Assembly: GCA_016906335.1 (NCBI GenBank)
Contig: JADEYG010000006.1
Location: 62,001 to 96,084 of the forward strand
DNA from: Novakomyces olei
Taxonomy: Eukaryota
DNA: 34,084 bases
Direction of reading: 5' to 3'
The position numbers were made by a program, and so were the translations under genes. Shown here in pieces: positions 13,580-24,226 of the stretch (the stretch's first letter is position 1; the number at the start of each line of letters is the position of its first letter). Below the pieces are notes generated by a model. It worked only from the letters and a program-made list of their open reading frames with translations. It made no database searches and was not told the origin of the DNA.

Positions 13580-14389
13580 AGCGAAATCTCTTGTCCACTA
13601 ATTATGGTCCAGCATGAATGGCGTAATGATATAAACACTGTCTCTATAATAGACTGAAAGAAATTGGAATGGTTGTGAAGATACAATCTTATTACGGTTA
13701 GACGAGAAGACCCTAAGCATCTTAAATACTAATAAAGATTGATTATTTAATATATTTATTAACTTATTCATAATATTATATTAATATAGATAAAAATCTT
13801 TAATTTATCATTTAATTTAATATTTCATAAGTTATTATTAGTAATCTTATTGTTAAAGATTTTAATTAAAAATAATAAAATATTTTTAATAGTTTTGTTT
13901 TTAACATAAATATTAATAGTTATATTTTATTTAATATAATAAATAAAATACTATGACAATCTTTATGAGGTATTTTAATTGGGGCAATTGCTTCATAAAA
14001 AGAAATTGAAGTTACCAAATATTCATATATATTATATTAATATTTATATTAATATAATACAATATAATAATATTAGTATTATTATATATATTAATATATA
14101 TTATGATAAGATATAGTATAAATAAAATGGTAATTTATAATTAATAATCTTAATTTAATAAATTTAAGATATTATCAATATAATTAATTGATAAAGATAA
14201 TTAATAATATTTAATTGTAGAACTATGTCTAACTTAAAGATTGACAAATCGATAAGATTCGTAAGGATGGAATAATAAACCTAAACTAATAAATAGAAAT
14301 GGTTTAGATAAAGATATAAGATACGCTAGGGATAACAGCCTAATTGCTTAAGATAGTACATATTGGCTATAGCAGTTTGGGACCTCGAT

Positions 14390-15128
14390 TTGAATATAAA
14401 TATTAATATAAATATAAATATAAATATAAATATAAATATAAATATAAGAGTTAAAGTTGAGGTAAATATTATATATAAATAGAATATATAATAATAAATT
14501 GGGTTAATTGACAAGAATAACTTATTATTTATATAAATATAATAAGTCAACTTGCAGCGAAACTATATATAATATAAATATATAATAACTTTGTATATAA
14601 ATATATAATATAATATAAATATATAATAACTTTGTATATAAATATATAATATAATATAAATATATAATATAAATATAAATATAAATATATAGAACGTTCA
14701 ACGACTAGTTAATAAATAAAATTAACCATGAAATCCAATAATTAATAAAAGTTTGGTTTGATAAATAAATAAATTTATTAATTAAATACATAGTCTGAAC
14801 CTTTTAGTGATAAAAGGAAATAAAGATTAAAATTCTTTATGATAACAAAGAATTATTTAGTATAGAAATAAGTATAATATTGTTAATAAAAATAAAAATA
14901 TTTAAATAAACAAAAATCATTAATAGATCATTTATTTAATATATTTGATTCTTATACTCTAAGGATAAGGGATAAGGGATAACAAAATGTATTATTATTT
15001 AATAATAAATGATTATAAAAAATTAAATGACTTTGCTTATTATCATCAAATATTTTTATTTTTATTATTATTATTATTATTTTTATTATAATTTAAATAT
15101 AAATTTTATACTAAATAATAAATAATTG
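14390..15128 (+). mobile_element. ORF-less group I intron (IA-like) in rnl at ~L2504
   Basis: Interrupts GACCTCGAT|GTCGACTC. IGS GTTGAGGT (~14456) pairs with ACCTCGAT. Core CAACTTGCAGCGAAAC, GTTCAACGACTA, ACATAGTCTGAAC; ends in G. Confidence 0.88.
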
Positions 15129-15207
15129 GTCGACTCTACGTACCTATTGGTGTAGTAACTAATAAGGGTATGTTTGTTCAACATTTAAAACGTAACGTGA
15201 GTTGGGT

Positions 15208-16629
15208 TAATTCTTAGCCCCATATATATATATATATATGTTAACTGGATAAAAACGGTGAAGGTTATAATAAAGATTATAAATAACACCGTGGTAATCA
15301 TAATAATAAATAAATATGACACTGTAACGACTAAATAAAATAAAATAAATTTGACTAACAAGTTATATATAATATATTATATATAAAATAATAGTTGGTA
15401 ATACTTCCAGCAACAATATAATAATATGGTTATTTATATATTTTTGAATATATATATCCTTATTAATTGTATATAATATAGATAATTAATAAATAAAAAA
15501 TAATAAAACAAATAATGATAAAACAAAGAATATTAGAATATTAGAAGATTTAATAAAATTAAGATTAATAACACCATTAAAACCATTATCAAATGATATT
15601 TTAAAGATAATAGAAAAAAACTTATTAAAATATAAAATATTAAATGTAGATAATATAAATGATGAGTATATAAGTGGTATAATACAATCAGATGGTAGTT
15701 TTTCATTAACTATAAGAAAAACAAGAGATTATATACATATAGTACCAAAATTTACATTAAGATTAAATAAGAATAATAAAGATTTGATATTAAAAATTAA
15801 AAGTGTATTAGGTGATGTAGGTAATTGAAGTTTAAATAAGAAAGATAATACAATATGTTATGAAGTGACAAAATTAAAAGATTTAGATCAAGTAATAATA
15901 CCTTTTTTTACAAAAAATGATTTAAAAAGTAATAAACATTTAAATAGTTTTATAATATTAAAATACATTGTATCAATAATGAAAAGAAAACTTCATATTA
16001 AGGATAATAGATTATTGTTAGATATGATAATATTAGGTAGTAAAATGAATGATAATTATTTGTATAAAGATATACATAAAAAATCAATAAATATAATTCA
16101 TAATGATGAAAAATATAAAAAAGATATGATGAAATATGTAAGATATTTAAATAAAAGTCAACAAGATATTGTAATAGATCAATTATTAACAAAAAATACT
16201 GAATTAGAAATAAATAATATGATGTATAATTATAATCCTACATCATTTAACGCAATGTATTTGCATGGTTTAATAGATGGAGATGGATCTATTATAATAT
16301 ATAACTCTTTATCTAAATATGTAAGATTTACTATAAGTATAGCACAAGATTATACAAATTTAACATTACTTAAAGATTTATATAAATATTTTGGTGAAAT
16401 AGGTAGTATAACTAAAATATCAAATAAAGGTTATAGATATGATATAAAAAGTAAAAAGGATATTATAGAAAAAGTAATACCTTTATTAGAATACAAATAT
16501 AATAATAATATTCATTTAGGTGTATTAAAAGGTTATAAATTAATATTAATGAAAATAATATGGGATATAAAAAATATATAATATATATAAATAATTTATA
16601 TATTGTTGAAGATATAGTCTAAATAAAAG
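15208..16629 (+). mobile_element. group I intron (IA-like, probably IA3) in rnl at ~L2584
   Basis: Interrupts GAGTTGGGT|TAAGAACGTCG. P1 GGGT/GCCC. Core CTGGATAAAAACGGTGAAG, AACACCGTGGTAA, CTGTAACGACTA, GAAGATATAGTCT; ends in G. Confidence 0.88.
15493..16581 (+). CDS. double-motif LAGLIDADG homing endonuclease (~362 aa, start uncertain)
   Basis: With TGA=Trp the frame is open from ATA 15493. Motifs YISGIIQSDGSF (~15667) and YLHGLIDGDGSI (~16258). No in-frame ATG precedes motif 1. Confidence 0.85.
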
Positions 16630-17103
16630 TAAGAACGTCGCGAGACAGTTCGGTTTCTATCTGCCGTAATATATATAATAAAATATCAAATTTTCCTTTA
16701 GTACGAAAGGACCAAGGTAAAATTAACCAATGGTGTTATTGTTATTTATATTTAATATTAATAAATTAATTATTATTATTATATCTATAAGTATCTCGCA
16801 ATAAAGCTAAGTTAATAATAAATAATTATTGAAAGCATATAAAATATAAGAAGTTAATTGATGGATTATTTATAAAAATACATTATAGATTATAATGAAT
16901 ATAATATATATATATAAAATAATATATATATATATAAATAGGTAATAATTGTAAATATAAAATCTATAAAATATAGAAATTATAATTGTTTATAATTAAT
17001 AATAATTATAAATAATAAAGATATATTATACTAATTTATAATATTTTAACTAAAATATCACAGATTGTTATCATAAATAAAATATAAAATATAAAATATA
17101 AAA

Positions 17104-17176
17104 GTCTAATTAATTTAATTGGTAAAATGCATATCTTGTAAATATGTTACTAATAGTTCGATTCTATTATTAGACA
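17104..17176 (+). tRNA. trnT: tRNA-Thr (UGU)
   Basis: GTCTAAT/ATTAGAC acceptor; CATAT-CTTGTAA-ATATG. Confidence 0.93.
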
Positions 17177-17407
17177 ATATAAAATATAAAATATTATAAA
17201 AAATAAAAATATTAATATTTTTTAATATTGGATAACTTATATTTATAAATAAAAGTTTGATAAATATTTCATATTTATTTTCTAAGAAATAATAGTTTAA
17301 TAAATAAAAAAGATTTTAATTTTTAATAAACAAAGACAAATATAAAATACAAATCAAAGTCTTTAATAAAATATTAAAAATATTAAATTTTAAGTTAATA
17401 ACCAATA

Positions 17408-17497
17408 GAACAAATGACCGAGTCAGGTTTAAGGTGCTATACTTGAAATATAGTGTAATATAATCTATTACCACGTGTTCGAATCACGTTTTGTTCG
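17408..17497 (+). tRNA. trnS: tRNA-Ser (UGA)
   Basis: GAACAAA/TTTGTTC acceptor; CTATA-CTTGAAA-TATAG; long variable arm; G73. Confidence 0.94.
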
Positions 17498-17697
17498 TTA
17501 ATATAAATTATATAATAATATTTATCATTAAATATAATATAATATCATTAAATATCATTAAATATCATATTTTTAATAGATATTATAGATTTAATATTTT
17601 ATTTTATTTTATCTATCGACTTTGGTTTTAATATACAATTAATAAATATTAAATATATTATATATCTTATATAATAATAATAATAATATAAAATAAG

Positions 17698-17770
17698 GGG
17701 GATATAATTTAATAGGCTAGAATATTGTAATTGCACTACAGTTATATGGGTTCAAATCCCATTATTTCCA
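17698..17770 (+). tRNA. trnA: tRNA-Ala (UGC)
   Basis: GGGGATA/TATTTCC acceptor with G3:U70; TTGTA-ATTGCAC-TACAG. Confidence 0.92.
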
Positions 17771-17851
17771 TATTAAATAATATAAATTTTATTTACCATA
17801 AATAAACATAAACAATTAATAACTACTATTAATATTAATATAATAAAATAA

Positions 17852-17923
17852 GCCTGATTAACTTAATGGTTAAAGTGTGATATTGAAGATGTTAATATAG
17901 TGGTTCAATTCCATTATTGGGCA
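17852..17923 (+). tRNA. trnF: tRNA-Phe (GAA)
   Basis: GCCTGAT/ATTGGGC acceptor; TGATA-TTGAAGA-TGTTA. Confidence 0.92.
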
Positions 17924-17958
17924 TAATAATAATAAATTTAATATAATATATAATATTA

Positions 17959-18046
17959 ATGGTTATGATGAAATTGGTAGACATGTATAATTTAGGATTA
18001 TATAATAATAATAAATATTATATGGGTTCAAATCCCATTAACCATA
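17959..18046 (+). tRNA. trnL: tRNA-Leu (UAG)
   Basis: ATGGTTA/TAACCAT acceptor; TATAA-TTTAGGA-TTATA with a 7-nt loop; long variable arm; A73. Confidence 0.92.
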
Positions 18047-18661
18047 ATTATTATTAAAATAATATAAATATAATTATAATAATAATAATAATATAAAAGT
18101 TTAAAATAAAAAATATAAAAGTTTTTAAAATAAAAAATATAAAAGTTTTTAAAATAAAAAATATAAAAGTTTTTAAAATAAAATTTTTTCACTAGAAATC
18201 TTTGTTTATTGGTAAGATTATATTAAATATATAAAATATATGTATATATAAATATATTTGATAATATTTGATAAATATCATATAAATATATTATATAATA
18301 TTTTATAAATATAATATTTAATAATAGGTATCAATTATATAATATTTTATAAATATAATATTTAATAATAGGTATCAATTATATAATATTAATAATAAGT
18401 ATTAATAATAAATATAAATATATAATAAGTTAATATGACATTGTTTTATTTTATAGAATACTTATAGGTGCAAGCACCTTAACATCAGTTATATATTGAA
18501 ATTAATATTTTAACTACTTTATTTATAATGTTAAATATATATATATATATCTTAATACATATTATTAAGTTAATAACTAAAATAATTTATAATATTATAT
18601 ATATCTTATTATAATATAAATATATATATCTTATTATATTATTATATAATAATGTATAGTA

Positions 18662-18733
18662 GCAGATATAGGTTAATTGGTAAACTCAATGATTTCCATT
18701 CATTTGTTGTCTGTTCAAGTCAGATTATCTGTA
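18662..18733 (+). tRNA. trnG: tRNA-Gly (UCC)
   Basis: GCAGATA/TATCTGT acceptor; AATGA-TTTCCAT-TCATT. Confidence 0.93.
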
Positions 18734-18935
18734 AATATTATTATTAAATATTTAAATTTAATATAATTTCTTTAAATTGTTTATTAAATAATATTATTAA
18801 TTGTTTAGTTTACTAAAAGCTAACTATTATATAATATATGAAATATATTATATCTATTATTTAATAATAATTTGATATAAAACATTTTATTTAATTGTAT
18901 TAAATATATTATTTATATATTATCACAATATTTTA

Positions 18936-19008
18936 GGGTTAATAACTTAATTGGTAAAGGGTTTATTTGTCAGATAAATAGATGCTCGTTCGAATCGGGT
19001 TTAGCTCG
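18936..19008 (+). tRNA. trnD: tRNA-Asp (GUC)
   Basis: GGGTTAA/TTAGCTC acceptor; TTTAT-TTGTCAG-ATAAA; G73. Confidence 0.93.
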
Positions 19009-19407
19009 ATTAATATATATTATATATTATATATTATATATTATATATATACTTATATCTATATTATATATATGCTGCTTATATTTATATTATAAATATC
19101 TAATTATATTTAAATATAAATAATTAATAATTAATAATTAATAATATGATATTAAAATTACTTTAATTAATTAAATATTAAAATTTTTATTGCAAAAGCT
19201 TTATATTTTATTAATTAAAATAAAAGCATATTATTTAATTTAATATTAAAGATATTTGAATATATCTTATTTAATATTTGAGATATATAATATTATATAT
19301 ATATTGTTTATCAAAGTATAAACTATTAAAATATATTGTATTATATAATATTATAATTAATAATATATTTATATATATGATATATGATATAATATTATTA
19401 TATTTAT

Positions 19408-19479
19408 GTTACCATAGCTCAACGGTTAGAGCATGATACTGTTAATATTATGATATTGGTTCGATTCCAATTGGTGACT
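19408..19479 (+). tRNA. trnN: tRNA-Asn (GUU)
   Basis: GTTACCA/TGGTGAC acceptor; TGATA-CTGTTAA-TATTA. Confidence 0.94.
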
Positions 19480-19544
19480 TAATTTTAATATATTATTATT
19501 TAATATATAGAATAGATAAATATATTTAAACTTAATAAATATTA

Positions 19545-19627
19545 ATCTACATGCAGAAATTGGTAGACTGGCTAATCTTAAGATTTAGTATTGTATAAAT
19601 ATATGGGTTCAAGTCCCATTGTAGATA
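19545..19627 (+). tRNA. trnL: tRNA-Leu (UAA)
   Basis: ATCTACA/TGTAGAT acceptor; CTAAT-CTTAAGA-TTTAG; long variable arm. Confidence 0.92.
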
Positions 19628-19670
19628 TTTTAATATATATATTACATAGATATTATATTTAATATATTTG

Positions 19671-19743
19671 ATAATATAATATAATATAATATAATATAAT
19701 ATAATATAATATAATATAATATAATATAATATAATATAATATA
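19671..19743. repeat. (ATAAT)n microsatellite, ~14 units
   Basis: Seen directly. Confidence 0.9.
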
Positions 19744-19948
19744 TCAAAGTCTTTAAATAAGTAATATATAATAATAATTTATTATTATATAGATAATATA
19801 TATATATATATATTTAATAATAATATTAAATATTATAATTATAATAGTGTGTTATAATAATAATAGAAAGTTATATTTCTATGAAATAATTATATATGTA
19901 ATATAAAATAATATTATATATATAAATAAAAATAAATAAAATAATAAA

Positions 19949-20173
19949 ATGTTACAAGCAGCAAAATTCATAGGATCAGGTTTAGCAGCTATTGGTTTAG
20001 CTGGAGCAGGTATTGGAATTGGTATAGTATTTGGTAATTTATTATCAAGTACAAGTAGAAATCCAGCATTAAGAGCTCAATTATTTAGTTATGCTATATT
20101 AGGTTTCTCATTAGTTGAAGCTACAGGTTTATTCTGTTTAATGTTATCATTCTTAATATTATATGCAGCTTAA
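19949..20173 (+). CDS. atp9: ATP synthase F0 subunit c (74 aa)
   Basis: [10 protein letters not shown] glycine motif, RNP loop, proton-binding Glu in [11 protein letters not shown]. Confidence 0.98.
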   Translation: MLQAAKFIGSGLAAIGLAGAGIGIGIVFGNLLSSTSRNPALRAQLFSYAILGFSLVEATGLFCLMLSFLILYAA

Positions 20174-20763
20174 TTTAATTATATAATTAAATTATCTAAT
20201 AATAATATTAAAAAACAAAATATATATTTAATATTTATTGTAAATGATATAATAACTTTTATATATAATAATTAATTAATAATAATTTAATTGTTTATTT
20301 AAATTGATATCTATATCTAATCAATATATATGTATTATTATATATTAAATTAATAAGCCCTATTTATATAATTAAATATTAAAATTTTATATAAATAAAA
20401 AAATAAAAAAATAAAAATAAATTAAACTAAATAGATAATATATAATTATATTTATAATATATTGTAATTAATTTAATTAAATTATATTATATATAATAAT
20501 AAATAATATAATATCTATAAATAATAAATAGTATAGTTTAAATATATATATATATATATACAAATTATATAAATAAAAGTTTATTTTAGTTTATAAATTA
20601 AAAATAATCTATTTTATTTAATTTAATTTAATTTAATTTAACAAACTTTTATAATAAATAAAATATATTTATATAATTTAATATACATAAAATATAATAA
20701 AACTTTTATTATAATTATAATCAAACTTTTATTATAATTACTTATAAATAAAAATATAATAAA

Positions 20764-21036
20764 ATGAATACAGGTATATTATTATATATAATTGGTTTAT
20801 ATGGATTTATTAGTAATAGAAAAAATATAATAATTATGTTAATAAGTATAGAAATTATTTTAATATCAACTACTTTTATGTTATTATTAAGTAGTTATTA
20901 TTATGATGATATATTAACACAATTATATAGTATATATATAATATCTATTGCTGGTGCAGAATCAGCTATAGGTTTAGGTATTATTGTTAGTTATTATAAT
21001 ATTCATGGTAATGTTATAATACAAAAATATCAATAA
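20764..21036 (+). CDS. nad4L: NADH dehydrogenase subunit 4L (90 aa)
   Basis: NRKNIIIMLISIE and AGAESAIGLG motifs. Confidence 0.97.
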   Translation: MNTGILLYIIGLYGFISNRKNIIIMLISIEIILISTTFMLLLSSYYYDDILTQLYSIYIISIAGAESAIGLGIIVSYYNIHGNVIIQKYQ

Positions 21037-21475
21037 ATATTATTTATAATTTAATATTATATATATATATTTATATATATATTATTATCAAATATTTAAT
21101 ATTTATTATATTATCAAATTATTTAATTAAAGTATATATATGATTATGATTATGATTATGATTATAATTATCATTATTATTATAATTATGATTAAATATA
21201 TTGTATATTAATATAAAATAAATTATATATAAAATATAAATTTATAATAATGAAGTTTGTAATATAACTTAGGTTTATAAATAAAAAAATTAAAAATTTT
21301 TATTTAATAAAATATTTAACTCATTTATTGATATAAATATTAAATATATTTAGTATTTTATTAAATGTTATATATTTAATATAATTTAATATAATTAAAT
21401 ATGAAATATATTAAATATAAATGATATATTTGATTTGATATAAAAGGATATATTATATATTAAAATATATCTAAG

Positions 21476-21546
21476 TTATTTTTATTGTTATTTTTATTGT
21501 TATTTTTATTGTTATTTTTATTGTTATTTTTATTGTTATTGTTATT
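21476..21546. repeat. (GTTATTTTTATT)n x5 in the nad4L-nad5 spacer
   Basis: Seen directly. Confidence 0.88.
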
Positions 21547-22021
21547 AAATTAAATGAAATAATAATATTATTATAATTAAAATTTTAATTTGTATTTTTG
21601 TAGAAAGAATTAATAAATAAAATATTAAATAAATTAATTTAATTAAAAGTAAAAGCTTTTATTATTTTTATTATATTTAATTATTATAATATAATATACA
21701 ATATTAATAACATATATAAAAGTTTGTAATATATAATATTAATAATATATATGATATAAAAGTTTGTAATATACAATATAAATAATATACCATATTGATT
21801 TGATAATATAATAAATATTAAATATTAGATAATAATATATATTATATATATAATATTAAATTATAGATAATAGGTTGTTATATATTAATATATAATAAAT
21901 AAGAGTTTGTAAAATAAATATACTAATTTATAAGAATAATAGTTTACTTTATATATATGTATATATATATAATAAATATATTATAATTATATGATAATAA
22001 AATAAAAATTTTAAAGAATAA

Positions 22022-23665
22022 ATGTATTTATGTATATTATTATTACCATTATTAAGTTCAATATCGAGTGGATTATTAGGAAGAAAGATAGGTATAAGAG
22101 GTAGTCAGATATTATCAAGTACATTTATGATAATATCAATGTTAATAACATTATATACATATAAACATATAGTAATTGATGATAATATAATAACAATAAA
22201 TATAATAAATTGATTAAATATAGAATCATTAAATATAAATTATTTAATATTATTAGATTCTTTAAGTATATCAATGTTAATACCAATAACAATAATATCA
22301 ACATTAGTACATATATATACAATATCATATATGAGTAGTGATCCTCATCAACAAAGATTTTTAAGTTATATATCATTATTTACATTTTTTATGATGTTAT
22401 TAGTAACAGGTTCAAGTTATTTAATAATGTTTATAGGATGAGAAGGTATAGGTGTAAGTTCATTTTTATTAATAAATTTCTGGTTTCAAAGTATAGAATC
22501 AAATAAATCAAGTATTAGTGCTATATTAGTTAATAGAGTTGGAGATATATTTATAACAATATCAATAGCTTTAATATATTATACTTATGGTAATCATAAT
22601 TATAATACAATTAATAGTATAAGTATTTATATAAATAATAATACAATATTATTTACAATAGGTTTATGTTTATTATTAGGTAGTATGGCAAAATCAGCTC
22701 AAGTACCATTAAATAAATGGTTACCAGAATCTATGGTAGCACCAACACCTACATCTGCTTTATTACATGCAGCTACTTTAGTTACTGCTGGTGTATATTT
22801 ATTAATTAGATCTTCTTATATTATAGAATTAAATGATACTTTATTAATTATTATTATGTTTGTTGGTGGTTTAACAACTATTATTAGTGGTTTAATTGGA
22901 GTATTACAATATGATGTAAAAAGAATAATAGCATATAGTACTTGTAGTCAAATTGGTATGTGTTTTGTTTCTATAGGTATATCTAATTATAATTTATCTT
23001 TATATCATTTAATTAATCATAGTATGTATAAAGCTTTATTATTCTTATGTGCAGGTATAATAATTCATTCATTAAATGATGAACAAGATATTAGAAAAAT
23101 GGGTGGTTTAATAAATTATTTACCATTTACTTATAGTTGTATGTTAATAGCTAGCTTTTCTTTAATGGCTATACCATCTTTAAGTGGTTATTATAGTAAA
23201 GATTTAATTATAGAATTAACTTATGGTAAATATTGTATAAGTTCAATAATATGTTTTTATTTAAGTTTAATTAGTGCTATAACAACTAGTTTATATTCTA
23301 TGAAAATATTATATAATATTTTTTTAAATATACCAAATAATAGTAGAAAATTTAATTATATTAATTGTTTAGAAAGTGATATATTTATGATAATACCTTT
23401 AGTTTTATTAACTTTATTAAGTATATTTATTGGATATTTAACTTCAGATATATTTATTGGACCAGGTTCAATATTATATTCAGATACTTTATTTAATAAA
23501 CCTTTTAGTAATAATATATTAGATTTAGAATTTAATATACCAATTTATATAAAATTATTACCATTAATTGGTAGTATATTTTTTAGTTTATTATTATTAT
23601 ATTCATATGAAATATTACAAAATAAATTTATTAAAAATAAATATAATAATATTGATATAAATTAA
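22022..23665 (+). CDS. nad5: NADH dehydrogenase subunit 5, main frame (547 aa, stops before the conserved C-terminal segment)
   Basis: Continuous with TGA=Trp: [55 protein letters not shown] at 23663-23665. Confidence 0.96.
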
Positions 23666-24024
23666 GTAATATAAATTATATATTAAAAAGTAATAAATTA
23701 ATATTAAATATTTTTACATTTATTAATCAAAGATTTTATCATGATATTATATATAATAGATATTTAACTATTACACCTTTAAATTTAGGTTATGTATATT
23801 ATAATATATTTGATAAAGGTATAATAAATAAAATAGGTCCAAATGGATTATATTATACTTTAAAAAATTATTCATCTAATATTATTTATCTTAATAATGG
23901 TAAATTATTTAATTATATTATTTACTTATTATTATTAATTATATTAAGTTTTTATATAAGTTTCTTTAATATTTCTGATCAATTATTCTTATTATTCTTT
24001 ATTATATCTTTATACTTTATATAA
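23650..24024 (+). CDS. nad5: nad5 C-terminal segment in a shifted frame (lateral helix and last TM region), no ATG
   Basis: Open frame reads ...NIFTFINQRFYHDIIYNRYL...LGY...FDKGIINKIGPNGL...NNGKLFNYIIYLLL..., matching the fungal Nad5 C-terminal pattern (FxNQRF, YN, DKG, GPxG). TAA at 24022-24024. Confidence 0.9.
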
Positions 24025-24154
24025 TTATTATTATTATTACTCTTTTATTTAATATTTAATAATATAATATAATATTATTTAATAATATTTATAATTAAAG
24101 TATATAAATATAATATTTAATAATAATTATTAATGGTAATAAACCATAAACACT

Positions 24155-24226
24155 TATTTTATAGTTAAATAGGTATAACATAATACTTCTAATATTATAT
24201 TATAGGTTCGAGTCCTATTGAAATAA
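24155..24226 (+). tRNA. trnR: tRNA-Arg (UCU)
   Basis: TATTTTA/TGAAATA acceptor; TAATA-CTTCTAA-TATTA; ATAGG-TTCGAGT-CCTAT. Confidence 0.92.

Larger units (their letters stand above)
10560..17040 (+). rRNA. rnl: mitochondrial large subunit rRNA, interrupted by three group I introns; both ends approximate
   Basis: Conserved LSU blocks: GAATTGAAATATCTTAGTA (~10873), AGTACTGTGAAGGAAA (~11076), AAGGAACTCGGCAAA (~12244), GACGAGAAGACCCTA (~13701), CTAGGGATAACAG (~14326), AGTACGAAAGGACC (~16700). Confidence 0.93.

Noticed and set aside
14326-14390. Unusual peptidyl-transferase bases (GATAACAGCC, GGGACCTCG)
   Set aside because: This is a compensatory swap of the 2455-2496 pair, also found in other mitochondrial LSU rRNAs.
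17959-18046. CUN=Thr reassignment as in Saccharomycetaceae
   Set aside because: The UAG tRNA has a 7-nt loop, a long variable arm and A73, all typical of tRNA-Leu.
2596-22441. In-frame TGA codons in cox2, cob, nad5 and the intron ORFs read as pseudogene stops
   Set aside because: In the core genes they fall at conserved Trp positions (ELVWT, LLWG, GWEG), so this is genetic code 4. The ORF track simply used a code with TGA=stop.
23650-23700. A group I or II intron explaining the nad5 break
   Set aside because: The two frames overlap, so there is no room for a ribozyme core.
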